Part shown: positions 1 to 8,097 of the stretch, piece after piece | How positions within the stretch are numbered: the first letter of the stretch is position 1 | How the letters are laid out: the number at the start of each line of letters is the position of its first letter | Source of the DNA: a virus | Strand: one strand, 5' to 3' | DNA: 32,909 bases | IMG/VR virus record: IMGVR_UViG_3300035104_000006 | Span: 81,576-114,484 of that record | Notes under the pieces: model-generated | What the model was told of the DNA's origin: nothing | Database searches by the model: none | The model's input: only the letters and a program-made list of their open reading frames with translations | Made by a program: the position numbers and the translations under genes

Positions 1-2
1 TC

Positions 3-203
3 CATGCTGAAATTTGGGAAAAGGCGGATGCTGTTTTCTTTTTCAAAGGACGGTTAAGATTCCATAAGATAAATGGTGAACGAGGTGCTACCGCCAACGC
101 ACCAAGCTGTTTAGTGGCTTACGGACAGAATAATGTAGAAGCAATTAGGCAAAGCGAATTATCTGGAAAACTTATTATTCTCAATAACAAAGAGGGTTTA
201 TGA
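3..203 (+). CDS. C-terminal part of a phage DNA N6-adenine methyltransferase (Dam-like, PF05869 type), 5' end outside window
   Basis: Frame 3 is open from the window edge: HAEIWEKADAVFFFKGRLRFHKINGERGATANAPSCLVAYGQNN...EGL*. The 'F.KGRL.F' and 'APSCLVAYG' motifs are typical of phage Dam-like MTases. TGA at 201-203 overlaps the next ATG. Confidence 0.75.
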   Translation, partial: HAEIWEKADAVFFFKGRLRFHKINGERGATANAPSCLVAYGQNNVEAIRQSELSGKLIILNNKEGL

Positions 204-469
204 AAAACATAGAAGAGTTATTGAATAAGCGAGTGCGTCTAAGTTCTGACATCTACCATATAACCAGTGCTCAACATGAAATTGAAAAAATCTATTCTGA
301 CGATTTGAATGATTTTTATTCAAAACTTGTATCAGTAAGAGCGGCGAAACAAATTGAATTTTACAATATTTGCGATGAGATAATTTCTTTGCAAAATTCA
401 TGCTTGCATGATTATGAAAACAATGTTGGCTGTCTTGTTTGTAAGTATTGTAAGAAGACGATATATTAA
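200..469 (+). CDS. hypothetical protein (89 aa, C-terminal Cys/His cluster)
   Basis: ATGA coupling with the upstream gene and GAGG RBS; C-terminus CLH...CLVCKYC suggests Zn binding. Confidence 0.6.
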   Translation: MKNIEELLNKRVRLSSDIYHITSAQHEIEKIYSDDLNDFYSKLVSVRAAKQIEFYNICDEIISLQNSCLHDYENNVGCLVCKYCKKTIY

Positions 470-479
470 GGAGAAATAT

Positions 480-674
480 ATGAATGGCACAGAACAATAT
501 TTGGTGCGTCTAAAATATTTTGATCCGAATGATAATTACTGGAAACATGAAGAAATCCATGTAGGTGGATACAAAAATAAGAACTCACACAAACGAGCAG
601 GGCTTGATGCATGTAGAGAAATTATACGTAAGGGTTTTAAAAACCCAGAAATTATCGGCGTTAGATATTGCTAG
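480..674 (+). CDS. hypothetical protein (64 aa)
   Basis: AAGGAG RBS before ATG at 480, preferred over the track start at 408. Confidence 0.6.
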   Translation: MNGTEQYLVRLKYFDPNDNYWKHEEIHVGGYKNKNSHKRAGLDACREIIRKGFKNPEIIGVRYC

Positions 675-693
675 AGCTAGAAAGGATAGAGGG

Positions 694-873
694 ATGAAAG
701 GCATAAACGAGTTTAAAGTAGATGAATTAAAGCACTGGGATACAATTACAATGACAGATGATGGATGGAAATCAGCAAGACCGATAGGACTCGGCGGGAT
801 AAGACGTAGGCTTGCTAAGGCGTGGAAAGTCTTTACAGGCAAAGCTGATGTTCTGGTTTGGCACAACCAATAG
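694..873 (+). CDS. hypothetical protein (59 aa)
   Basis: ATG within repeat copy 1; MKGINEFKVDEL...WKVFTGKADVLVWHNQ. Confidence 0.65.
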   Translation: MKGINEFKVDELKHWDTITMTDDGWKSARPIGLGGIRRRLAKAWKVFTGKADVLVWHNQ

Positions 874-892
874 CCGTGGAAAGGATAGATGG

Positions 893-1102
893 ATGGCGCA
901 CACAGTTGAAAGTATTAGTCTTAGGGGATTGAGAAAAGCGCACCTTTGGCAGCTTGTGGCATACATACACACAAGAGACCTGGACAGATGGTACTACGGA
1001 CCGAAAGACCAGTTTGAAAGACGCCACGTTGATTTGCTGAAGCTAGCGGACAGGCTTGAAGAAATAGCGAACGACAACGACGCAAGGCTACCGAAAGGAT
1101 AG
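893..1102 (+). CDS. hypothetical protein (69 aa)
   Basis: ATG within repeat copy 2; its stop lies inside repeat copy 3. Confidence 0.65.
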   Translation: MAHTVESISLRGLRKAHLWQLVAYIHTRDLDRWYYGPKDQFERRHVDLLKLADRLEEIANDNDARLPKG

Positions 1103-1106
1103 AGGG

Positions 1107-1184
1107 ATGGATGAATTAAATTACGGAAGCACAGACGCAATGCACTGGGCATAACAATTAGTTAAGACAGCAAAGGAGACTTAG
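1107..1184 (+). pseudogene. truncated small-gene remnant
   Basis: ATG within repeat copy 3 reads MDELNYGSTDAMHWA*QLVKTAKET*, with an in-frame TAA at 1152-1154. Confidence 0.4.
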
Positions 1185-1187
1185 AAT

Positions 1188-1688
1188 ATGACTTACCTTG
1201 AACACATGGTTGCAAATTTCGAAGTCTCCGCCAGGTGTGCCGTGTTATGCGTGATGCATCTCCTGCACGGGATAGCCCCGTGTCGGTGGACTAGTCACGA
1301 ATATTGGGGCGTAAGACTTGGAGTAGGAATAATGAATGATCTAACTGAAAGATTCCGCGCAGAGCACGATAACCTCAGCCTAGCCGGTGAGGCAGCGTAT
1401 GAGATAGAGCGATTAACTGAAGAAATAGAAAATTGGAAATCTTTGGCGAAACAAATAAACACAGACTGGATTCCTGCAAATAAGAAGTTAACTGATAGAA
1501 TAGAAGAACTTGAGTCTACACTGAGTGAGTATGCAAATAAAGCTAACGAGGATTTTAACGCAGGTATGCAAGTAGCAGCTCAACGCTGTGCTGAGATAGC
1601 AAATGAGTATTGCCGTGATTCCGAAGGATATCATTCTGGTTGTGATACTGAAGATAAAATAATTGAAGAATTTGGACTGGAGGAATAA
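1188..1688 (+). CDS. hypothetical protein, probably two small phage genes fused in frame (second start at 1332)
   Basis: AAGGAG RBS at the first ATG; internal GGAGTAGGA followed by ATG at 1332 begins MNDLTERFR...EAAYEIERL with a coiled-coil region. Confidence 0.6.
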   Translation: MTYLEHMVANFEVSARCAVLCVMHLLHGIAPCRWTSHEYWGVRLGVGIMNDLTERFRAEHDNLSLAGEAAYEIERLTEEIENWKSLAKQINTDWIPANKKLTDRIEELESTLSEYANKANEDFNAGMQVAAQRCAEIANEYCRDSEGYHSGCDTEDKIIEEFGLEE

Positions 1689-1760
1689 ATGGATAAACAA
1701 GATGATTGGAAGCTAGACAAATTAGAAATAGAATTTAACAATATCAAAAAAGGAGAGTAA
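1689..1760 (+). pseudogene. 23-codon ORF or gene remnant (MDKQDDWKLDKLEIEFNNIKKGE)
   Basis: GGAGG RBS and ATG right after the upstream stop; ends in the RBS of the ThyX-like gene. Confidence 0.35.
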
Positions 1761-1763
1761 TTC

Positions 1764-2327
1764 TTGAAAATAAAACTACTTCGTGAATCAGGTTATGAAG
1801 AAGCGTTATTAGGACTGTCATTAAATAAAAACCAGCCGATAGAGAATATGCCTAAAGTGCTTGACCGTCTCAGCCAGTACGATTCCGGTCATAATAAAGC
1901 ATTGGAGCAAATATTTCTATGGCTGGACATCACTGCTCCTCGTTATTGGTGGAGCGAGTTTGATACCTATCGTACTGGAGTTTCTAAACAATCTGAATCT
2001 ACCATGTATACTATTACGAAAAGAAATCTTACGAAAGATGATTTTGAAAACAGGGATGTAATTCCAGCCGTTCTGGGTGAACTTAACACACTAATAGACG
2101 AGTACAACTCTGAAAGTTCTGAATACAACAAAGACGAGATATTTTTTTCTATTAAAAGAAAACTTCCCGAAGGATTCCTGCAAAGGAGGGTAGTTTCTAT
2201 AAACTACAAATCATTGCGTAATATTATTATTCAACGTAACAAGCACAGACTACCGGAATGGGAAAAATTCATAAACTTTATTTACGAATCCGTAACTCAT
2301 AAAGAATTTCTTCCTAAGAAAGGATAA
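1764..2327 (+). CDS. ThyX-like (flavin-dependent thymidylate synthase fold) protein, short divergent phage form
   Basis: GH.K.LE, 'ITAPRYWWSEFDTYR', 'SEST', 'LPEGFLQRR', 'NYKSLRNII.QR..HRLPEW'; TTG start after AAGGAG. Confidence 0.7.
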   Translation: MKIKLLRESGYEEALLGLSLNKNQPIENMPKVLDRLSQYDSGHNKALEQIFLWLDITAPRYWWSEFDTYRTGVSKQSESTMYTITKRNLTKDDFENRDVIPAVLGELNTLIDEYNSESSEYNKDEIFFSIKRKLPEGFLQRRVVSINYKSLRNIIIQRNKHRLPEWEKFINFIYESVTHKEFLPKKG

Positions 2328-2329
2328 AC

Positions 2330-2506
2330 ATGCTTTATTACATATTTGCATTTCAAATAATTAACTTCCTATTCATTATAAAAGTTCTATCGGAAACTGA
2401 GCACAAAGCTATTCATAAAATATTTTTCCTATGGGTGTATGTATCAGCAGGAACTCTTGATACCATTATTCCAGTAGTTACTGGCTTTATTGGTAGTAAT
2501 TGGTGA
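2330..2506 (+). CDS. small predicted membrane protein (58 aa)
   Basis: Manually translated MLYYIFAFQIINFLFIIKVL...IFFLWVYVSAGTLDTIIPVVTGFIGSNW*. AAGGA RBS, two hydrophobic segments, fills the intergenic gap. Confidence 0.5.
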   Translation: MLYYIFAFQIINFLFIIKVLSETEHKAIHKIFFLWVYVSAGTLDTIIPVVTGFIGSNW

Positions 2507-3356
2507 AGCTATGACAGGGCGTGTGGCGGATAAAAAATCAATAGTCGATCAACAGGTCATCTTCGTGCTTAATCAGCCTGACAAGAAAAAGGAGGGATTA
2601 ATTTCAGGCATTTTTAAGCGGGCGGAGGTACTATTCCTATGCCAGAAACCCCATCCAAATCTCTCTTCCATATCTGATAGAGAGTTACACTACTGGAAGG
2701 AGCTTTTAAGGCGAAACTTGTCCAGAAACTCCTCCATACCAACAGTAGCATCCTTCGGAAGCCTGTCTACTAGAGTATTAACAGGAAAAAATAACGAAGC
2801 TAAATATGCCGGACTGCGAATAAGTCCGATCTTTGAAACTGATGGAAGAGACATTCTAGTAATACCAGACAATATTTCAACAAACACGGAACTTAAAGAA
2901 ATTTTCTTTTTTGAAAATGAAAAGGGTCAAGTAACAATAACCAAAGAGCACTATCTCGACTTAATCTCTCAAGAAGGGTTGAGCGACCTATGTAAATCAG
3001 ATTCCTATCTAATTTATAAAAATGCTAGATATATATTTAACCAATCTTCGTTATATTATCAGGCATATCAAAGGCAACTTAGTCATTTAAAAGGAGTACG
3101 TGGCGGTAGGAAATATATCTGCGCTTCTTGTAAAAAGTCCTTCGTTAAAAAGAATACTCAGCTTGATCATAAAGAGCCAGTTATTGAAATAGGAAAGTCT
3201 AGCTCTGACTATACATGGTACGAGCTAGTATCACGAGTATTCTGTGATATTGATAATCTCGAAGTTCTTTGCAAGAATTGTCATAACAAGAAATCGGCAA
3301 AAGAGGCAGAAGAACGAGCGAAAATTAGACGAGAAAGGAAGAAAAACAATGAGTAA
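2490..3356 (+). CDS. fusion of a degenerate uracil-DNA-glycosylase-like N-terminal domain and a C-terminal HNH endonuclease (start may be ATG 2511)
   Basis: C-terminus CASC...QLDHKEPV...NLEVLCKNCHNKK is a Zn-binding HNH. The N-terminal spacing (C..P.P, EL..W..LL, V.SFG..S.RVLTG, KYAG, LVIP) resembles the family-4 UDG fold. Confidence 0.65.
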   Translation: MVVIGEAMTGRVADKKSIVDQQVIFVLNQPDKKKEGLISGIFKRAEVLFLCQKPHPNLSSISDRELHYWKELLRRNLSRNSSIPTVASFGSLSTRVLTGKNNEAKYAGLRISPIFETDGRDILVIPDNISTNTELKEIFFFENEKGQVTITKEHYLDLISQEGLSDLCKSDSYLIYKNARYIFNQSSLYYQAYQRQLSHLKGVRGGRKYICASCKKSFVKKNTQLDHKEPVIEIGKSSSDYTWYELVSRVFCDIDNLEVLCKNCHNKKSAKEAEERAKIRRERKKNNE

Positions 3357-5307
3357 TAGTTACGTATTCGACATTGAAGGGAACGGATTATCTCCCACTA
3401 AAATCTGGTGCTTGTCATACTGCAAGGCAGGTACAGACAACATAATCAATTTAACAAACTATGGCGATATGAAAAATTTTCTTCTTCAAGACAACATATC
3501 GTTAATTGCACATAATTGTGTAAGTTTCGACATCCCTATTCTTGAAAGAATATTGGGAATAAAAATACCTGCCAGAATAGTAGACACCCTTGGTCTATCC
3601 TGGTATTTGTCACCTAAACGAGTTAAACACGGGCTCGAAAGTTATGGAGAAGAATACGGTGTTCCTAAGCCAGTTGTAAAAGAAGAAGAATGGCTAGGTT
3701 TAAGTAAAGGAGAACTGGACAGAATTGACTATCTTAAAAGTAATTCTCCTGACTCAGAAGAATTGTCGATTCTGGAGAAGAAAAAGAAAGACCACCTTTC
3801 ACTAATGATTCATCGTTGCAGCGAAGACGTGAAAATAAACTCCAGGCTTTATTCTGATCAAATGAAAAAGCTAGGAATGCTTTATGACGACATGGACGGA
3901 ATTAACAGACTTATCAACTATATTTATTTCAAACTCTCCTGTGCTAGAGAGCAGGAAGAAGTTAAATGGAAACTAGATCTTGATAAGGTAAATTCCGGTC
4001 TTGAGGAACTGGAAAGTATTAAGCAAGAAAAGGTTGAAGCTTTACGTCTCGCCATGCCTAAACAAGCATTGTACAAAGAGAAGAAAAGACCGAAAATTTA
4101 CACAAAGAAAGATGGAAGTAAAAGCAAAAAAGCACTTGAGTGGGAGGCATTCTGTGAAGAGAATGGATTTGATAAAGAAAAACCTTCTCACAAGTTCGTT
4201 TATGACTACGAAATCGGAAATCCAGGATCAAGTACTCAAGTGAAGAGTTGGCTATATAGCCTCGGATGGAAACCAGAAACATTCTCATTCGTTCGTGATA
4301 AAGAATCATTCAATACCCGAAAAATCCCACAAGTCAATATCCCTAACGGCGGAGGAATTTGCCCTAGTATAAAGAAACTGTATGATAAAGAGCCTAATCT
4401 TGAACTGTTAGAAGGACTATCCGTAATCTCACATCGCATATCAATCTTAAAAGGCTTTCTCAAGGCAGTTGATGATAACGGATATGTATATGCTGGAATT
4501 AGCGGACTAACCAACACAATGAGGTTTAAACATTCAATATGTGTTAATCTACCTGGAGTTGATAAACCATATGGTGAGTTAATCCGTGGTTGCCTAATCG
4601 CACCGGAAGGATACGAACTATGTGGTTCAGACCTATGTAGCTTAGAGGACAGAACTAAACAACATTTCATGTGGGAGTATGATCCTGAGTATGTAAAAGA
4701 AATGATAAAACCCGGATTCGATCCACACCTTGACTTAGCATTAGCTGCTAATGCACTAACACCAGAGCAAATAGAAAATCATAAATCCGGTAATGAAGAT
4801 CACAGTAAAGTAAGAAAAGTATATAAATCTGCAAACTACGCATGTGTATATGGAGCAGGTGCAACCACAGTTGCTCGTTCTGCCGGAATTACTAAGAATG
4901 AAGCAACTAAACTTATAGACGCCTATTGGAAAAGAAACTGGTCTGTTAAGAAAATTGCCGAGAATACTAAAGATAAAGTTCTCTGGGATGGAAGTCGTTG
5001 GCTATACAATCCAATCAGCCATCTTTGGTATTCGTTACGATCTGAGAAGGATAAATTCTCCACACTTAATCAGGGAACTGGTACATACTGTTTCGACATG
5101 TGGGTGAGAATTGTTCGTGAAAAATTTGGTAGGAAAATAGTCGGACAATTTCACGATGAAATTATAACATTAACCAGTACTAACGACAGAGAATCTTGCA
5201 AGAACGATCTTGAACAAGCAATTAGTATGGTGAATCAGGAATTAAAACTTAATCGAGAATTAGAAATAGATGTGCAATTCGGAGATAGTTATGCCGATAT
5301 TCACTAA
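3349..5307 (+). CDS. family A DNA polymerase with 3'-5' exonuclease (T7-like)
   Basis: ExoI FDIE, ExoII HN...FD, ExoIII RC.EDV, motif A GSDLCSLEDR, motif B RKVYKSANYACVYG, motif C FHDE. Start at ATG 3349 after AGGA. Confidence 0.95.
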   Translation: MSNSYVFDIEGNGLSPTKIWCLSYCKAGTDNIINLTNYGDMKNFLLQDNISLIAHNCVSFDIPILERILGIKIPARIVDTLGLSWYLSPKRVKHGLESYGEEYGVPKPVVKEEEWLGLSKGELDRIDYLKSNSPDSEELSILEKKKKDHLSLMIHRCSEDVKINSRLYSDQMKKLGMLYDDMDGINRLINYIYFKLSCAREQEEVKWKLDLDKVNSGLEELESIKQEKVEALRLAMPKQALYKEKKRPKIYTKKDGSKSKKALEWEAFCEENGFDKEKPSHKFVYDYEIGNPGSSTQVKSWLYSLGWKPETFSFVRDKESFNTRKIPQVNIPNGGGICPSIKKLYDKEPNLELLEGLSVISHRISILKGFLKAVDDNGYVYAGISGLTNTMRFKHSICVNLPGVDKPYGELIRGCLIAPEGYELCGSDLCSLEDRTKQHFMWEYDPEYVKEMIKPGFDPHLDLALAANALTPEQIENHKSGNEDHSKVRKVYKSANYACVYGAGATTVARSAGITKNEATKLIDAYWKRNWSVKKIAENTKDKVLWDGSRWLYNPISHLWYSLRSEKDKFSTLNQGTGTYCFDMWVRIVREKFGRKIVGQFHDEIITLTSTNDRESCKNDLEQAISMVNQELKLNRELEIDVQFGDSYADIH

Positions 5308-5336
5308 TAGGCAGTATTGTAATTAGAAATTTTCAC

Positions 5337-5365
5337 TTGACCGTTCGACTTAAATACGCTATTAT
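5337..5365 (+). promoter_or_regulatory. sigma70-type promoter
   Basis: TTGACC (5337-5342), 17-bp spacer, TATTAT (5360-5365), in the gap before the dNMP kinase. Confidence 0.65.
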
Positions 5366-5383
5366 AAAGGATAAATCATTATT

Positions 5384-6043
5384 ATGTTAATAGGAATACT
5401 CGGAAATGCAGGAGCAGGAAAATCAACTGCTGCAAAACTGTTATCTGAACAAACAGGGGCGAAAGTAGTTAGTTTTGCATATAGGTTACGTAAAGAGTTA
5501 AAAGAAACATTTTCAGATTCCAATGTTAATTTTTTCAGTGGTAATAAGAACAAGAAAATTTGTCTTAATTATTCTGACGATATCAACTCCGAACTGAAAA
5601 AACTTCTTAGACCATATTTATCCAATAATGGACAATACTGGAATTTGACATTAAGAAAATTATTGCAAATATATGGCACTGATTTCCGGCGAGAACAGAA
5701 AAAGAACTATTGGATTGAAAAACTATTCTTATCCTTAAATCCTAAAAAATCCTATATAATAGATGATGTACGATTCCATAACGAAGCAGCTATGATTCAA
5801 ATTCTTGGTGGATTCATCATCAAAATAGAAAGTCCTGAAAACAATCGTGACAACCACGCTTCAGAATCACATATTTCATCAATACCATATAATATCCGCT
5901 ATGTTCAACCAAATAAAAACGACATTTCCCGTCTATCCTCAGACATGAAATTCATACATAATTGTTTAAAAGGAGTAGATGACCATTATGACGCCGGAGA
6001 AAGAACTAGCACTATACCTAGCAAAAAGCGGGTTTCCGAATAA
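5384..6043 (+). CDS. deoxynucleoside monophosphate kinase
   Basis: GILGNAGAGKST P-loop, SFA..L, R.LLQ.YGTDF.R, W, IIDDVRF.NEA, H.SE. Confidence 0.9.
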   Translation: MLIGILGNAGAGKSTAAKLLSEQTGAKVVSFAYRLRKELKETFSDSNVNFFSGNKNKKICLNYSDDINSELKKLLRPYLSNNGQYWNLTLRKLLQIYGTDFRREQKKNYWIEKLFLSLNPKKSYIIDDVRFHNEAAMIQILGGFIIKIESPENNRDNHASESHISSIPYNIRYVQPNKNDISRLSSDMKFIHNCLKGVDDHYDAGERTSTIPSKKRVSE

Positions 6044-6350
6044 GGATTTGCCGCTAATCCTTCGATATTGTCCACAACTTATTCATCATTTCTCTTTAGA
6101 AGAGATTACAGCAGTAGGGTTGGCGAACATGAAAATGTTTGAGAGACAGCGATATGCCATTCCTATGCGACCGTTTGTATACGAGGCTGCAAAGCGTGAA
6201 TGTCATCCTGGATCGGTATATCAGTATGTAGAGGACAGTACAGCGATATGTGCTAACGACACATTAGAGCTTTCATTTGCAGAATTATTCTGTTCCCTGA
6301 GAGACAAGCTATCTAAAGATGATGATATTATTGTTAAGAAAGGAGTGTGA
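5979..6350 (+). CDS. hypothetical protein (123 aa)
   Basis: AAGGAG RBS; tight coupling to the next gene. Confidence 0.65.
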   Translation: MTIMTPEKELALYLAKSGFPNKDLPLILRYCPQLIHHFSLEEITAVGLANMKMFERQRYAIPMRPFVYEAAKRECHPGSVYQYVEDSTAICANDTLELSFAELFCSLRDKLSKDDDIIVKKGV

Positions 6351-6353
6351 TAT

Positions 6354-7568
6354 ATGGAACCCACTGCACTCCAGGATTATTTAAAATTCACTGAGAAAAC
6401 AGCTAGCCCGGAATCGTATCATGTCTGGGCTTTTCTAAGCATGGTTGGAACTATTCTCGGTAAGAAAGCATGGGTTAAGTTTGGATATTTCAATATATAT
6501 CCAAATCTATATGTCGTCCTCGCATCACCACCCGGTATCGGTAAGAAGTCAACGGCAATTGATATAAGCAATGCCATCATTCGTGACGCATATCCTGACC
6601 CGAAAACACGTCCGTCATTCTCTAACGACAATCAAACCTCTCAAGCACTTATTGGAGAAATGGAAAAGTCTGTTCGTGTCTGGCACACTGAGAATGATAC
6701 GTTATATCGTCATTCCTCACTAACCGTCATTGCAGATGAGCTTGTGTCGCTTCTTTCTCAAGGTGCACCGATGGTAGACTTTCTCACTACAATCTACAGC
6801 AAAGATAAGGAGTTCGAGTATCGAACGAAGAATAAAGGAAATAACACGATAATCAATCCATGCTTGAACATTCTTGCCGGATGCACTACAGATACATTTA
6901 ATAGTAAAGTCATGAAGGATGCCACGGCAGGCGGACTACTCTCACGCTGTGATGTTATCTACGACAACAAAACTCGTTCAAGCAGTATGTTCGATACTCT
7001 TAGCCCGGAGCAAGAAAAAGCTAGAGAAAGAGTTATAGAACGAATGTGGGAGCTCGGGGATATTTTCGGAGAGTTTACATTCACAGAAGATGCAAAGGAG
7101 TTATTTAAGGAATTTGAAAAGAAAGAGGAATTGGCACTGAAACAAAATACAATGAATGCAGAATTCCGTAGCAGAAAGCCGACTAAGACAATCAAGGTCG
7201 CCATGCTTCTTGCAGCATCAGAACTTACTAAGATTATCGACAAACGTACAATGGAAATTGCCATAGAGATAATGAATCGTGTTGAATATAATATGAAATT
7301 TATCTACATGAGTTCCGGCACTCATAAGAATGCACAGATTCATTTTAAGATAATGTCCGCATTGGGTATGTTGGGTGAGTCAATATCCTATGGTCAAATT
7401 CTTGAACATTTCATGGGTGATGCAGATGAAGAGGAGATTGAAAAAGCAGTGAATGTACTTGCAAAGACAGGATTTATTAAGTTGTACCAGGCAATCAATG
7501 TAGCGGGTAATAGTGAAATGATGATTGGACTAACTAAGAAAGGAAAAATTCAATGCCAGAGTCAATAG
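6354..7568 (+). CDS. DUF3987/YfjI-like P-loop ATPase (putative replicative helicase)
   Basis: YPNLYVVLASPPGIGKKSTA (Walker A), VIADEL (Walker B), PCLNILAGCTT, GGLLSR (Arg finger). Confidence 0.75.
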   Translation: MEPTALQDYLKFTEKTASPESYHVWAFLSMVGTILGKKAWVKFGYFNIYPNLYVVLASPPGIGKKSTAIDISNAIIRDAYPDPKTRPSFSNDNQTSQALIGEMEKSVRVWHTENDTLYRHSSLTVIADELVSLLSQGAPMVDFLTTIYSKDKEFEYRTKNKGNNTIINPCLNILAGCTTDTFNSKVMKDATAGGLLSRCDVIYDNKTRSSSMFDTLSPEQEKARERVIERMWELGDIFGEFTFTEDAKELFKEFEKKEELALKQNTMNAEFRSRKPTKTIKVAMLLAASELTKIIDKRTMEIAIEIMNRVEYNMKFIYMSSGTHKNAQIHFKIMSALGMLGESISYGQILEHFMGDADEEEIEKAVNVLAKTGFIKLYQAINVAGNSEMMIGLTKKGKIQCQSQ

Positions 7569-7642
7569 TTGGAAAAATGCTAGTTGCTTGTGAGTATAGT
7601 GGCATAGTAAGAAACGAATTTATTAAAAAGGAGTTAAGGTAA
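7553..7642 (+). pseudogene. N-terminal remnant of a phage DNA cytosine methyltransferase-like gene
   Basis: MPESIVGKMLVACEYSGIVRNEFIKKELR*. 'LVACEYSG.VR..F' is the characteristic start of a common phage MTase family. The ORF stops after 29 codons, overlapping the dUTPase ATG (TAATG). Confidence 0.6.
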
Positions 7643-8082
7643 TGTCAGAATCAGTGATTAAAGTGAAGTATCTTGACCCTCGTGCAAAAATGCCAGTTAA
7701 AGGAACGGCATTCTCAGCCTGTTGGGATATTCATGCAATAGAAGATGTACTTATCCGACCATACTCTATAGAAAAGGTGCGAACAGGACTGGCAATGGAA
7801 ATACCTACAGGCTATCGTTTAGCAATATATCCACGTTCAGGGCTGGCAAGTATCGGTATCGGACTAGCTAATTCAGTCGGAGTCATAGACAGTGATTATC
7901 GAGGAGAAATTAAACTACCTATGATTTGCAGTAATAATACTGGACATCGAATTAAATCCGGTGAACGAATCGCACAGTGTGCATTGGAAAAACTAGAGGA
8001 TTATAGATTTGTAGAAAGTAAGGACAATCTTTCAGAAACAGAACGAGGAACTGGTGGATTCGGTAGCACTGGTAATAACTAA
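7642..8082 (+). CDS. dut: dUTPase (trimeric type)
   Basis: ACWDI, PRSGLA, GVIDSDYRGEI, GERIAQ, RGTGGFGSTG (five conserved motifs). Confidence 0.95.
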   Translation: MSESVIKVKYLDPRAKMPVKGTAFSACWDIHAIEDVLIRPYSIEKVRTGLAMEIPTGYRLAIYPRSGLASIGIGLANSVGVIDSDYRGEIKLPMICSNNTGHRIKSGERIAQCALEKLEDYRFVESKDNLSETERGTGGFGSTGNN

Positions 8083-8097
8083 ACAAGGAGAGTTATT

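Larger units (their letters stand above)
680..1109 (+). repeat. three dispersed copies of a 17-bp start-associated direct repeat GAAAGGATAGA(G/T)GGATG
   Basis: Copies at 680-696, 879-895 (1 mismatch) and 1093-1109. Each ends in the ATG of a small ORF. Confidence 0.85.

Noticed and set aside
680-1109. CRISPR array interpretation of the 17-bp repeats
   Set aside because: The repeats are too short and non-palindromic, the spacers are ~180-200 bp and protein-coding, and there are no cas genes.
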